Assembly (NCBI GenBank): GCA_040899905.1
Contig: JBBDZX010000005.1
Span: 629,722-693,721 of the forward strand
Origin: Anaerolineales bacterium
Lineage (GTDB): Bacteria > Chloroflexota > Anaerolineae > Anaerolineales > E44-bin32
Reading direction: 5' to 3'
DNA: 64,000 nucleotides
Part shown: piece by piece, positions 1 to 9,219 of the stretch
How the letters are laid out: every line of letters begins with the position of its first letter
How positions within the stretch are numbered: the first letter of the stretch is position 1
Notes under the pieces: model-generated
Seen by the model: only the letters and a program-made list of their open reading frames with translations
Databases searched by the model: none
Told to the model about the DNA's origin: nothing
Made by a program: the position numbers and the translations under genes

Positions 1-108
1 TCCTCCCCCGGAGTCAGGCGGCAAGCACACAAGAGACCCCCGGTGTCTGCTCCGATACAATCGTTCCATTCGCCTCTCCCTTCAGGGAGAGGGGTCGGGG
101 TGAGGTAA

Positions 109-882
109 ATGCCGGAACTTCCCCACGGGTTGACGCCGCTCGAGATCGGCGGTGGAAAGGTGGACATCCTCGGGGCTGGAGCCTTCCGCCTCGTGATCCC
201 GCCCACATCCAAGTACGCCGACGCGCAGGTGGACGATCACCGCACGCTCGCGCGCGGGAGTTTCCCGCACCAGCCCGGCTTCTCGATGCGCCTGCGGGCC
301 GCAGCCAGCCACGCTCAGCCGCGTGGGACCTTGGGGTTCGGGCTCTGGAACGACCCGTTCGCGGCCTCGTTAGGTCAGGCCGGCGCGGGACGCCGTCTGC
401 CGGTGGCACCGCGGGCGATATGGTTTTTCTACGCGTCCGATCCGAGTGACCTGCCGCTAATGCCCGGGCTACCCGGGTCGGGATGGAAAGCCTCGAGCCT
501 CGACGCACCGCACATCCCGGCCCTTCTACTTGCTCCGCTGGCCATCGGCGCGATCGCCCTCGCGAAATTCCCGTGGACTCGCCGCCCGGTGATGCGGCGC
601 GCCCTGCGTTCGATTCGCGCCGCCGAAGCCGTCCTTACGAATCGCCTCGACCAGGAGCACGAGGTCGAGCTGGCCTGGACCGAACGCGGGGTCGACTTTC
701 GAGTCGACGGTGGCCAGGTCCTGCATGCGCCCCATCCTCCGCCCGGCCCGCTTGGGTTCGTTGCATGGATCGACAACCAGTACGGCGTCGCGTCTCCGGA
801 GCGGGGATTCGGCTTCGGCGTCGTGCCGACGGTGGAGGAGCAGTGGCTTGAGATTCGAGGGCTGGAGATATCCGAGGGTTGA
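109..882 (+). CDS. hypothetical protein, 257 aa
   Basis: Uninterrupted ORF with strong G/C third-position bias. A GGTGAGG SD-like motif lies just upstream of the ATG. One hydrophobic stretch (LLLAPLAIGAIALA). No family recognised by eye. Confidence 0.5.
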   Translation: MPELPHGLTPLEIGGGKVDILGAGAFRLVIPPTSKYADAQVDDHRTLARGSFPHQPGFSMRLRAAASHAQPRGTLGFGLWNDPFAASLGQAGAGRRLPVAPRAIWFFYASDPSDLPLMPGLPGSGWKASSLDAPHIPALLLAPLAIGAIALAKFPWTRRPVMRRALRSIRAAEAVLTNRLDQEHEVELAWTERGVDFRVDGGQVLHAPHPPPGPLGFVAWIDNQYGVASPERGFGFGVVPTVEEQWLEIRGLEISEG

Positions 883-1000
883 TGGGTTGAAAGGGCTAGA
901 CGGTTATGCGGTTAGACGGTTGAACGGTTGATCGGTAGATCGAGGCCCGATTACCCCACCCCACTCTTGACGCCCAACCCATCGCACCTTGACCCGTTCC

Positions 1001-1009
1001 TGATAGAAT
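1001..1009 (+). promoter_or_regulatory. candidate extended -10 promoter (TGATAGAAT) for tRNA-Phe
   Basis: A TGnTAnAAT-like motif ends 10 nt before the tRNA 5' end. The upstream TTGACC is at non-canonical spacing. Confidence 0.3.
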
Positions 1010-1019
1010 CTGCCCCATC

Positions 1020-1095
1020 GCCGAGATAGCTCAGTTGGTAGAGCACGCGACTGAAAATCGCGGTGTCGCCAGTTCGATTCTGGCTCTCGGCACCA
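1020..1095 (+). tRNA. tRNA-Phe (anticodon GAA), CCA encoded
   Basis: GCCGAGATAGCTCAGTTGGTAGAGCACGCGACTGAAAATCGCGGTGTCGCCAGTTCGATTCTGGCTCTCGGCACCA. The 7-bp acceptor stem, D arm, anticodon loop CTGAAAA and TTCGATT T-loop all fold by eye. Confidence 0.95.
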
Positions 1096-1107
1096 GAGCA
1101 TGTTAGG

Positions 1108-1170
1108 ACGTAGGGGCGCCCTTCGGCTTCGGGCCTCCGGCCCTCCGCTCAGGACCGTGCGCCCCTACGT
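1108..1170. repeat. 63-nt palindromic element, copy 1
   Basis: ACGTAGGGGCGC...GCGCCCCTACGT terminal inverted arms (12 bp) enclose CCTTCGGCTTCGGGCCTCCGGCCCTCCGCTCAGGACCGT. A second copy lies 113 nt downstream. Confidence 0.7.
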
Positions 1171-1220
1171 AATTCTTCCCCCGCAAGTCCCTAGAAATCC
1201 ACGAGCAGGGTTTTGGCTAC

Positions 1221-1280
1221 GCGTAGGGGCGCCCTTCGACTTGGGGCCTTTGGCCCTCCGCTCGGGACCGTGGCCCCTAC
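1221..1280. repeat. palindromic element, copy 2 (diverged)
   Basis: GCGTAGGGGCGCCCTTCGACTTGGGGCCTTTGGCCCTCCGCTCGGGACCGTGGCCCCTAC is collinear with copy 1. It has a few substitutions and a short deletion in the right arm. Confidence 0.7.
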
Positions 1281-1308
1281 TGCCTTCGCCCGATTGGAGA
1301 ATTCAGTC

Positions 1309-2804
<1,496 letters not shown>

Positions 2805-2917
2805 CGGCGGTCGGCCGTCAGTTTACCAAAGGCGACGGGCCGCGGCGAACGGAGCGGAAAGCGCAGCCGCCCCTGGGGTCCAGGGGCGGCTGCGATCCAA
2901 TCACGATGCGGAAAGGT

Positions 2918-3574
2918 TCAGGGCTGGGAGACGACGAAGTTGTCGAACCGGATTTCCGTCCCACCCACGTCGAACGTACCGGCTTCCAGCCCGACATCGC
3001 CCGAGGAGAACGTCGAGTCGGTCGCCTCGCCAAGCAGGGTGCCATTGGCATACACACGCAAGGTGGAGCCGACGCAATCTCCGCGGACCCGGTTCGTGGC
3101 GTTCCCCTGGTTGATCGCGTCCGATGTCTGCCAATCCACCAGGAAACCGAGCTCCCCGTTCTGGATCTTCACAATCGCATAGTAGCCGTCCGAGGAGATC
3201 CACATGGTGTAGAAGTCGTTCACCGATCCCGCTTGCGATCGGCATATCACACCGAAGTTGTTGTTGTCGTCCCCTTCGGTCTTGGTGGCGTCGACTTCGA
3301 CCCGGGAGTCGCTGAAGTTCTGGCCCGGGTTGGCCCACGCGTCCGAGTTCGTGTCATTGACGCGAATCACATAGACTCCGTTGTCGTAGTCGGTGACCCG
3401 GTCGGTCTCGTTGACCCGGTCCCACCCACTCGAGTCGTCCGAGAAATCGTCTTCAAAGAGAACGTTCGCTCCGCCGCCCCCGCCGCCTCCCGACACATTG
3501 TCCAGGACAGAACAGCCGAGCGCGGCCATCGAGATCGCCGCCACCGCCACCCACGGTCGTGATTGAAATGCCAT
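2918..3574 (-). CDS. secreted lipoprotein with lectin/LamG-like (DUF1080-like) domain
   Basis: The start MAFQSRPWVAVAAISMAALGC follows a GGGAGGAG RBS. There is a lipobox (LGC) followed by a Gly7 linker. The body (FEDDFSDDSSGWDRV...GVYVIRV...FDNFVV) resembles concanavalin-like hydrolase/lectin domains. Confidence 0.75.
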   Translation of the reverse strand: MAFQSRPWVAVAAISMAALGCSVLDNVSGGGGGGGANVLFEDDFSDDSSGWDRVNETDRVTDYDNGVYVIRVNDTNSDAWANPGQNFSDSRVEVDATKTEGDDNNNFGVICRSQAGSVNDFYTMWISSDGYYAIVKIQNGELGFLVDWQTSDAINQGNATNRVRGDCVGSTLRVYANGTLLGEATDSTFSSGDVGLEAGTFDVGGTEIRFDNFVVSQP

Positions 3575-3775
3575 GTGAGAACTCCTCCCTATCGCGCGTG
3601 ATGGGATCGACTGCCGATCCCTCGCGGGAGAATGTATCACAGTTGTGCAATGGCGCAACGTAGTACTGAGTGGTCAGTGGTGGGTGGTCAGTGGTAAGTG
3701 GAAACGGCGGGTCAGCCATGGGCTTGTGCCCTGTTGGCCGATCGCCTTTGGCGACCGGCCACGGGCCCACTCTGC

Positions 3776-3804
3776 TTGACGGTCCCTGCGAAGGAGGTTA
3801 TCCT
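3776..3804 (+). promoter_or_regulatory. sigma70-type promoter for the tRNA-Gly/tRNA-Cys unit
   Basis: TTGACG, a 17-nt spacer, then TATCCT. The -10 element ends 9 nt before the tRNA-Gly 5' end. Confidence 0.55.
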
Positions 3805-3813
3805 ACCCACGTT

Positions 3814-3885
<72 letters not shown>

Positions 3886-3894
3886 CCTCTTCCG

Positions 3895-3960
3895 GTTGCC
3901 AGTTCCCGGTTTCCAGTTTCCAGTGAGGGCACTGGGAACTGGCGACTGGAAACTGGCAAC
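3895..3960. repeat. 66-nt imperfect palindrome built from CCAGTTY heptads in the tRNA-Gly/tRNA-Cys spacer
   Basis: GTTGCCAGTTCCCGGTTTCCAGTTTCCAGTG-AGGG-CACTGGGAACTGGCGACTGGAAACTGGCAAC. The arms pair with a few mismatches. Confidence 0.7.
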
Positions 3961-3970
3961 TTCTCTTCCG

Positions 3971-4041
3971 GGCGACGTCGCCAAGTGGTAAGGCAAGGGT
4001 CTGCAAAACCCTCATCACGGGTTCGAATCCCGTCGTCGCCT
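3971..4041 (+). tRNA. tRNA-Cys (anticodon GCA), no encoded CCA
   Basis: GGCGACGTCGCCAAGTGGTAAGGCAAGGGTCTGCAAAACCCTCATCACGGGTTCGAATCCCGTCGTCGCCT. The acceptor stem GGCGACG/CGTCGCC pairs and the anticodon loop is CTGCAAA. Confidence 0.92.
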
Positions 4042-4362
4042 CCTGAACAAGGGGCATCGTTAGAGGGCGTGTAAGGGTCTCCGGAAAGGATGGAGAACCC
4101 TATACGCCTTCTTCGATTCCGTCCAAGGGGCATGGGAAACCAAGGCGTTTAAGGGTCTTGGGCTCCCCTTTAGCCCAGACAATGCCAGGCAATACCAGGC
4201 AACAGGAGGCAATGGACGTCCCCAAAGGAGGGACTACCAAGAGAGGCAAAAGGCTCTCCGAGGGTACCATGAGCCACGCGGCCGAGCTTAGTCAGACGCT
4301 CCTCCAGATGCTGGCACATCTCGACATAGTTGGTCGTCACGTGCACATCTCGCCAAGCTCCC

Positions 4363-4390
4363 TGGCTCGCGTCGCAGGACTCGAACCTGT
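4363..4390 (-). other. tRNA 3'-end-like fragment with encoded CCA
   Basis: The minus strand reads ACAGGTTCGAGTCCTGCGACGCGAGCCA (T-arm, acceptor 3' strand, CCA). No complete cloverleaf can be built upstream, because only 55 nt lie between the complementary GCGTCGC and GCGACGC. Confidence 0.4.
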
Positions 4391-4406
4391 AGGGCCCGGT
4401 GTCTCT

Positions 4407-5510
4407 CTAGCTTGCCGCGACGCTGGCTGGCTTGGCAAACGTCCTTCTCTGCAGCCAGAAGGCTACGTTCACCAGGCCGATCATGACCGGCACCTCGACC
4501 AGCGGCCCGACGACCGCAGCGAAGGCTTCGCCTGATGAGATGCCGAAGACAGCCACGGCCACAGCAATCGCCAGTTCGAAGTTATTGCTGGCGGCCGTGA
4601 AGGCCAGTGTGGTCGTCTTGGAGTAGTCGGCTCCCACAGCCTTGCCCATGAAGAAGCTCACCAGGAACATAAGCACAAAGTAGAACAGGAGCGGGATAGC
4701 GATCCGCACGACGTCGAGCGGGATGGTGACGATCAGGTTGCCCTTCAGGCTGAACATCACCACGATGGTGAACAGCAGGGCCATCAGCGTGATGGGGCTG
4801 ATCCGAGGGATGAACTTCTCGTGGTACCACTCCTTGCCCTTGGCCCGGACCAGGAGGAGGCGCGTCAGGAAGCCGGCGAGGAAGGGGATCCCCAGGTAGA
4901 TGAAGACGCTCTTGGCGATCTCGCCGATCGTGATATCGACGACGTTGCCCTGCAGCCCCAGCTTGGCTGGCAGCACGGTGATGAAGACGTAGGCATATAC
5001 ACTGTAGAAGAGGACCTGGAAGACGCTGTTAAAGGCCACCAGGCCGGCGGCGTACTCGGTGTCGCCCTTCGCCAACTCGTTCCAGACGATGACCATGGCG
5101 ATGCAGCGCGCCAGGCCGATGAGAATCAAACCGGTCATGTACTCGGGGTAGCCGCGCAGGAAGATGAACGCCAGGGCGAACATCAGGAGCGGGCCGATCA
5201 CCCAGTTCTGGAGGAGCGACAACCCCAGAATCTTCCAATTGCTGAAAACGTCGCCCAGCTCCTCGTAGCGCACCTTCGCCAATGGCGGGTACATCATCAG
5301 GATCAGCCCGATGGCGATCGGGATGTTGGTCGTCCCGACCGAGAACCGGTTGATGAAACCCTCCACGCCAGGGACGAAGAATCCCAGCGCCACGCCGATG
5401 GCCATGGCGAGGAAGATCCACACCGTCAGGTAGCGGTCCAGGGTGGACAGTTGCTTGGTGACGCCGGTTTCAGCTGCCGGTGCAGACGCCAAGGAAGCCG
5501 GTGTTGCCAT
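4407..5510 (-). CDS. acr3: ACR3-family arsenite efflux permease
   Basis: 367 aa and multi-TM. The sequence [23 protein letters not shown]...[25 protein letters not shown] is typical of ACR3/ArsB(ACR3) transporters. Confidence 0.95.
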   Translation of the reverse strand: MATPASLASAPAAETGVTKQLSTLDRYLTVWIFLAMAIGVALGFFVPGVEGFINRFSVGTTNIPIAIGLILMMYPPLAKVRYEELGDVFSNWKILGLSLLQNWVIGPLLMFALAFIFLRGYPEYMTGLILIGLARCIAMVIVWNELAKGDTEYAAGLVAFNSVFQVLFYSVYAYVFITVLPAKLGLQGNVVDITIGEIAKSVFIYLGIPFLAGFLTRLLLVRAKGKEWYHEKFIPRISPITLMALLFTIVVMFSLKGNLIVTIPLDVVRIAIPLLFYFVLMFLVSFFMGKAVGADYSKTTTLAFTAASNNFELAIAVAVAVFGISSGEAFAAVVGPLVEVPVMIGLVNVAFWLQRRTFAKPASVAAS

Positions 5511-5512
5511 GT

Positions 5513-5722
5513 CAGTTCGCCTCCGACGATAGAGCGGTGGTCAGCCAGGTCGTGACCTCCGCCTCGTTGGGAATCCGGCCGGCGCAGACCAGGTTCTCAT
5601 TGATCACCAATCCAGGCGTCGCCAGGACGGGGTACTTCATGATCTCGGGGTAAGCGGTGACCTTGATGAACTCGGCCTCCACCCCCAGGTTGGTTACGGC
5701 CTGACGACTGACCGCCTCGACC
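5513..5722 (-). pseudogene. thioredoxin-fold (redox-active disulfide protein 2-like) gene lacking its 5' end and CxxC
   Basis: The frame reads ...[64 protein letters not shown]. This matches the C-terminal two thirds of small ars-linked thioredoxin-like proteins. No start codon or CxxC remains. The stop lies 2 nt before the acr3 ATG. Confidence 0.6.
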
Positions 5723-5795
5723 CACCGGCGATCTGCAGCCGGGCCGGATGCGCAAGCGCCTTTAGGAATTCAGCCGTCGGGTCGTATCTCTTCAT
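5694..5795 (-). pseudogene. arsR: arsR remnant (first ~22 codons only)
   Basis: MKRYDPTAEFLKALAHPARLQI is the start of an ArsR/SmtB HTH. The frame then runs out of frame into the thioredoxin-like remnant and stops. This is consistent with a roughly 300-bp deletion. Confidence 0.6.
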
Positions 5796-5805
5796 CCGTT
5801 TGTCC

Positions 5806-5821
5806 ATTCACGTATACGAAT
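5806..5821. promoter_or_regulatory. candidate ArsR operator (imperfect inverted repeat ATTCACGTATACGAAT)
   Basis: The dyad ATTC-N8-GAAT lies 11 nt upstream of the arsR remnant ATG in an AT-richer patch. Confidence 0.3.
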
Positions 5822-6170
5822 ATGGTATCCGCGCTCTGGCTACATGCAAAGGAATGAATGTCACGCCCTGCGGGTGACACTGGATGGGATCACGCGCTCC
5901 CAGAGCTGGAAACGGGCATGGAACGCTGCTCCGAATCGCCGAAGAAGGAGAGCAAGGCGGCTGCACTGTACCCTTCGTGTCGCAGCTGCTTCCCTTTCGG
6001 AGAGACCGACATGCGCGTCTGTGGCCCCGACGATGGCGGTATCTAGCTTAGATGCAGTTATATCTGTGGCTTGGCCCTAGAAGATAGTCAAGGGTCTGGA
6101 TCCGCCAGGCGACCTAGAATCAGCAGAACCCTATACGGAATTCGGCCAAAGGCGATTAAGAGTTTGAAGC

Positions 6171-6218
6171 GCCAAGGTCGGGTCCTGCAAAACGGGTTCG
6201 AATCCCGTCGTCGCCTCC
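6171..6218 (+). pseudogene. pseudo-tRNA-Cys (D-arm piece, anticodon loop and T-arm/acceptor 3' strand; variable region and 5' acceptor missing)
   Basis: GCCAAGGTCGGGTCCTGCAAAACGGGTTCGAATCCCGTCGTCGCCTCC compared with the intact GCCAAGTGGTAAGGCAAGGGTCTGCAAAACCCTCATCACGGGTTCGAATCCCGTCGTCGCCTCC. Confidence 0.7.
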
Positions 6219-6394
6219 TTCAAGTGCAGCACCCAGCATCGAGCCACCAGCAATCAGGACACACCCGTCCAGTGCATGACTGCTTAGACTGGGTGCTGTG
6301 GGCTGGATGCTGGCGGCTGCTTTTGAGGCAAATCCCTCGTCGCCGCTGAAGTCTCTCCCTCTAAGGGCCGTCTCCGGCCTCGCTACGTGAAACC

Positions 6395-6470
6395 AAGCGG
6401 CGCAGGCGCAACATTGCCTGCGCCGCTTGTATCGATCTGCCACCGCCCCTGACCGGGGCGGCGGCAGATC
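6395..6470 (-). terminator. two tandem GC-rich hairpins downstream of the 6473 gene
   Basis: One hairpin is GATCTGCCGCCGCCCC-loop-GGGGCGGTGGCAGATC (6434-6470). The other is AAGCGGCGCAGGC-loop-GCCTGCGCCGCTT (6395-6428), followed by GGTTTCAC on the minus strand. Confidence 0.55.
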
Positions 6471-6472
6471 GT

Positions 6473-8461
6473 CTATTGGGCGAACGAGGGCGTCGCCGTT
6501 CGCCTCGGCGTGCTAGTCGGGGTAGGCGTCGGCGATGGGCCGCCTGGTGTCGGCGTGCGGGTGGGCGTCGACGAAGGGCCGATTGCCGTCGGCGTGCGCG
6601 TCGGCGTGGCCGTCCCCCTGCCGCCTCCCGGAGTTGGCGTGCGAGTGGGCGTCGCCGATGGACCGCCTGGCGTCGGCGTGCGGGTCGGAGTGGCAGTGGG
6701 CCCCAGAGGTGTGGGCGTACGCGTCGGGGTGGCCGTCCCCCTACCGCCGGCGGTGGGAGTTTGCGTCGGCGTGGGCGTCGGCCCGGTGGCCGTGGCGGTC
6801 GGCGTCGGGATCCCGCTGCACCCGGGCAGTCCGAAGGCGCCGATGCGCGTGCGCCACCCGGCGGCGCTGTTGCTGGCGTAATACTCCTGGGTGTACCAGA
6901 AGGTACAGTCGTCCACCGGGTCGACTGCCATCATGCTGTAGTCGCCCCATCGCCCACTCGCGCTACTCTGAGAACCACCGCCGGCAACGATCACGCCCTC
7001 GCCCTGGGGCATCGTCCCCAGCGGATCTGTGCTCAGCCGCCCGGTGTAACGAACGGATGGAAAGACCGTCCTGCTCGAAATGCTGTACCCCAAGGCCATG
7101 TTGCCGTTCTCGTCCATGGCGATGCTGCCCATCCACCGATGATGGCCGTCCGGCGAGTAGGTGCTCTGCTGGTGGATGGTCCAGCCGCCTCCGTTTTTGC
7201 GAAGCTCGTACCAACGGATGCCGGCGCGGTTGGTGCCGGTGGCATCGACGGTGTGGTTGGTGACCAGCGTCTGATAGCCTCCGAAGTTGCGGTATTGGAG
7301 CCGATACATCAACCGATCGGAGATGGCATCCAGCGCCGTCCCGCCCGGCTGGGGGATGCAGTTGCGCGAGTAGTTGCACATATTCGAGTCGAACGCCGCC
7401 GTACCTAAATCCCCCACGTGGGTGAAGGTCGAGCTGGCCGGGGTTCCCCAATTGACGTCGAACTCCCACATCTGAAGCTGATCCGGCGAGTAGCCCCAGG
7501 CGTCGTCATCCACCTGGGCGAATGGGTTGGGAGCGTTTCCCGGAGGGACAGGACCGTCCAGGTCGGCCGGAAGCATGCCGCCCAGGTTCGGATCGATGGG
7601 GAACAGGTCGAAGTACACCATGTCGGCCGCCAGGCCGAGCAGCATCTGGTCGCGCTCAAACGCGACGACGCCCTGCCCGCCCCAGGAGAAAGAGATCTGA
7701 TTGAACTGGTTGACGGACATGTAGTAGCCGTCCGGCCACAAGCCGAACTTCGGGTAATCATTCAACTTGGTGACACTGATCAGGAACTCGTAGCGGTGGT
7801 AGGCCCCGGTGGGGTCGCCGGTCTGCGAGACGGCAATGCATTCGTAGAAGGGTCCGACCGGGTCGTTGGGCAGGGCGAACTGCGTCAGCACCCATCGGTC
7901 CGCCAGGTGGTCGTAGAAGACGATGGGATCGCCGTCGTTGGTCGTCTGGCATGGCCCGCCAAAACCATTCCAAACCGTATTGCTACTCATGGGACCCATG
8001 AGCAGGTTGCCCGACCGATCCCAGATGGCGAAGGAGAGATTCACCATCTGCACGTAGTGGTTCGGCCCCACATCCCCAACGGTGTCCGGAGGCAAAACGC
8101 CGTTGATGTTGTTGATACCCTCGAAGTTCACGGAGGTGCCCGGGATATCCTTCGAAGGTTGTTCGTCTTGGACAATCGGGTCCTCATCCGGCGGACCCGC
8201 TTCCCTCTTTGGGCGCGTCAGGCGCGGGATCACACGCAGGGGACCGATCTGGGGAGCGGAAGACAAAATGGCGCGCAAGGGACCTGACGTGTCGTAGCGG
8301 GTCGCCGGGCGGACGATGGGTACTCCTCCACTCTGGCGCACAGGTGCGGCTGGACCACCGCCCCGCAAACCCTGACCGGGACCGGCTGAGGCCACCACGG
8401 TCACGAGCCCGAGCAAGATAATGCCTATGGATAGACCGCGTACATTACGTTTCATGAGCAT
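6473..8461 (-). CDS. secreted protein of unknown family with C-terminal Pro/Thr-rich tandem repeats
   Basis: The start [27 protein letters not shown] (signal peptide) lies 8 nt after GGAGGAGG. The roughly 540-aa globular body is not recognised. The last ~110 aa are (G)[11 protein letters not shown]-type repeats. Confidence 0.85.
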   Translation of the reverse strand: MLMKRNVRGLSIGIILLGLVTVVASAGPGQGLRGGGPAAPVRQSGGVPIVRPATRYDTSGPLRAILSSAPQIGPLRVIPRLTRPKREAGPPDEDPIVQDEQPSKDIPGTSVNFEGINNINGVLPPDTVGDVGPNHYVQMVNLSFAIWDRSGNLLMGPMSSNTVWNGFGGPCQTTNDGDPIVFYDHLADRWVLTQFALPNDPVGPFYECIAVSQTGDPTGAYHRYEFLISVTKLNDYPKFGLWPDGYYMSVNQFNQISFSWGGQGVVAFERDQMLLGLAADMVYFDLFPIDPNLGGMLPADLDGPVPPGNAPNPFAQVDDDAWGYSPDQLQMWEFDVNWGTPASSTFTHVGDLGTAAFDSNMCNYSRNCIPQPGGTALDAISDRLMYRLQYRNFGGYQTLVTNHTVDATGTNRAGIRWYELRKNGGGWTIHQQSTYSPDGHHRWMGSIAMDENGNMALGYSISSRTVFPSVRYTGRLSTDPLGTMPQGEGVIVAGGGSQSSASGRWGDYSMMAVDPVDDCTFWYTQEYYASNSAAGWRTRIGAFGLPGCSGIPTPTATATGPTPTPTQTPTAGGRGTATPTRTPTPLGPTATPTRTPTPGGPSATPTRTPTPGGGRGTATPTRTPTAIGPSSTPTRTPTPGGPSPTPTPTSTPRRTATPSFAQ
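6500..6800. repeat. imperfect ~40-45-nt tandem repeats encoding the TPTRTPTP tail
   Basis: GGCGTCGGCGTGCGGGT-like units recur along the plus strand. Confidence 0.6.
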
Positions 8462-9018
8462 GACGGTGGCCTCCTCCGGCCAGGCGTGCATCGAAACAGG
8501 ATCCTCTTAGCGTCATCGTACGCGTGCCTCGCGAGTGATACGTTCGGGCCGACTTCAACAACCGTGCCGCCGATGGTGACCGCTCGGATTCCTGCCTTCA
8601 CCGCGCGTCCAAGCCACGCAGGGTTCCGGGCGACTCCGGAGGATCTTGAGAATTTGGGGAATGGGTGGATAGACCGTGCCAGTGAGAGAAAAACCAACTC
8701 TCTATCCCATTATTGCACACCCTACTCGCCTGGGTAACAAGCTATTCTTAATTTGATCCGTCCGCATGTGGGATTAACCCAGGGCGAGCGCTCACCCGCG
8801 CCGGGGAACATTCTGTGGCCAACGGCCCCATACTGGACGCGCAGAGCGGGCCGTTCAAATGCATGATTCTTGGGACTGTGGATCCCCTGCGGCGCGGGAC
8901 CAGCGAGCACGGGCGATTGTGAAGTCTATCACAATCGCCCGTCTGGAACGTGTCTTCAGAGGGACCGCGCTGGCCCAGGGGACCGTAAAGTCAGGATCGT
9001 TGCCGAGAGCGCGGTCGT

Positions 9019-9054
9019 CAAAAACACTGCGGCCCGCCGGGTGTGGCGGGCCGC
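9019..9054 (-). terminator. Rho-independent terminator
   Basis: The minus strand has GCGGCCCGCC-ACACCC-GGCGGGCCGC followed by AGTGTTTTTG. It lies ~55 nt after the TGA at 9109 that closes the extended frame of the 9220 gene. Confidence 0.7.
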
Positions 9055-9219
9055 AAGCTCAGGACAGAAGCGGCTGGTCCCGCCTCCACTCCGAAAGTCT
9101 CCCCCTGCTCAGTTTGGGAACTTGATCCAGCCGAAGGTGCCTCGGTCCCCCCGGTAACGTATTCCGTTCCACCGGCAGCTGTGCGGCGTGGTGGTCAGGT
9201 AGGTCATGTTGTCGGGCGG

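Larger units (their letters stand above)
4042..6218. mobile_element. putative decayed integrative islet at tRNA-Cys carrying an ars module (no integrase left)
   Basis: It is bounded by intact tRNA-Cys and by a 25-nt exact direct repeat of its 3' end (4019-4043 = 6194-6218). Further degenerate tRNA-Cys-like blocks lie just inside both ends. The cargo is ACR3 plus arsR/thioredoxin remnants. Confidence 0.4.

Noticed and set aside
4158-4535. A 125-aa plus-strand ORF downstream of tRNA-Cys.
   Set aside because: It overlaps the acr3 3' end in antisense and spans repeat and tRNA-fragment sequence. It has no motifs.
6500-6800. Regularly spaced repeats that could be mistaken for a CRISPR array (also 49745-49987).
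   Set aside because: The repeats are contiguous with no unique spacers. They lie in frame inside ORFs and encode Pro/Thr-rich peptide repeats.
8452-8697. An 81-aa minus-strand ORF ending at the start of the 6473 gene, with a faint hexapeptide-repeat look (IGGTVVEVGPNVSL).
   Set aside because: It has no RBS, only a weak motif, and an Arg/Pro-rich C-terminus. The evidence is insufficient.
8911-8940. A perfect 12-bp-stem hairpin, GGGCGATTGTGA-AGTCTA-TCACAATCGCCC, in the long 5' region of the 6473 gene.
   Set aside because: There is no U-tract on either strand, and it does not lie at a gene end. Its function could not be assigned. The 700-nt leader (8462-9018) showed no riboswitch-like features I could recognise.
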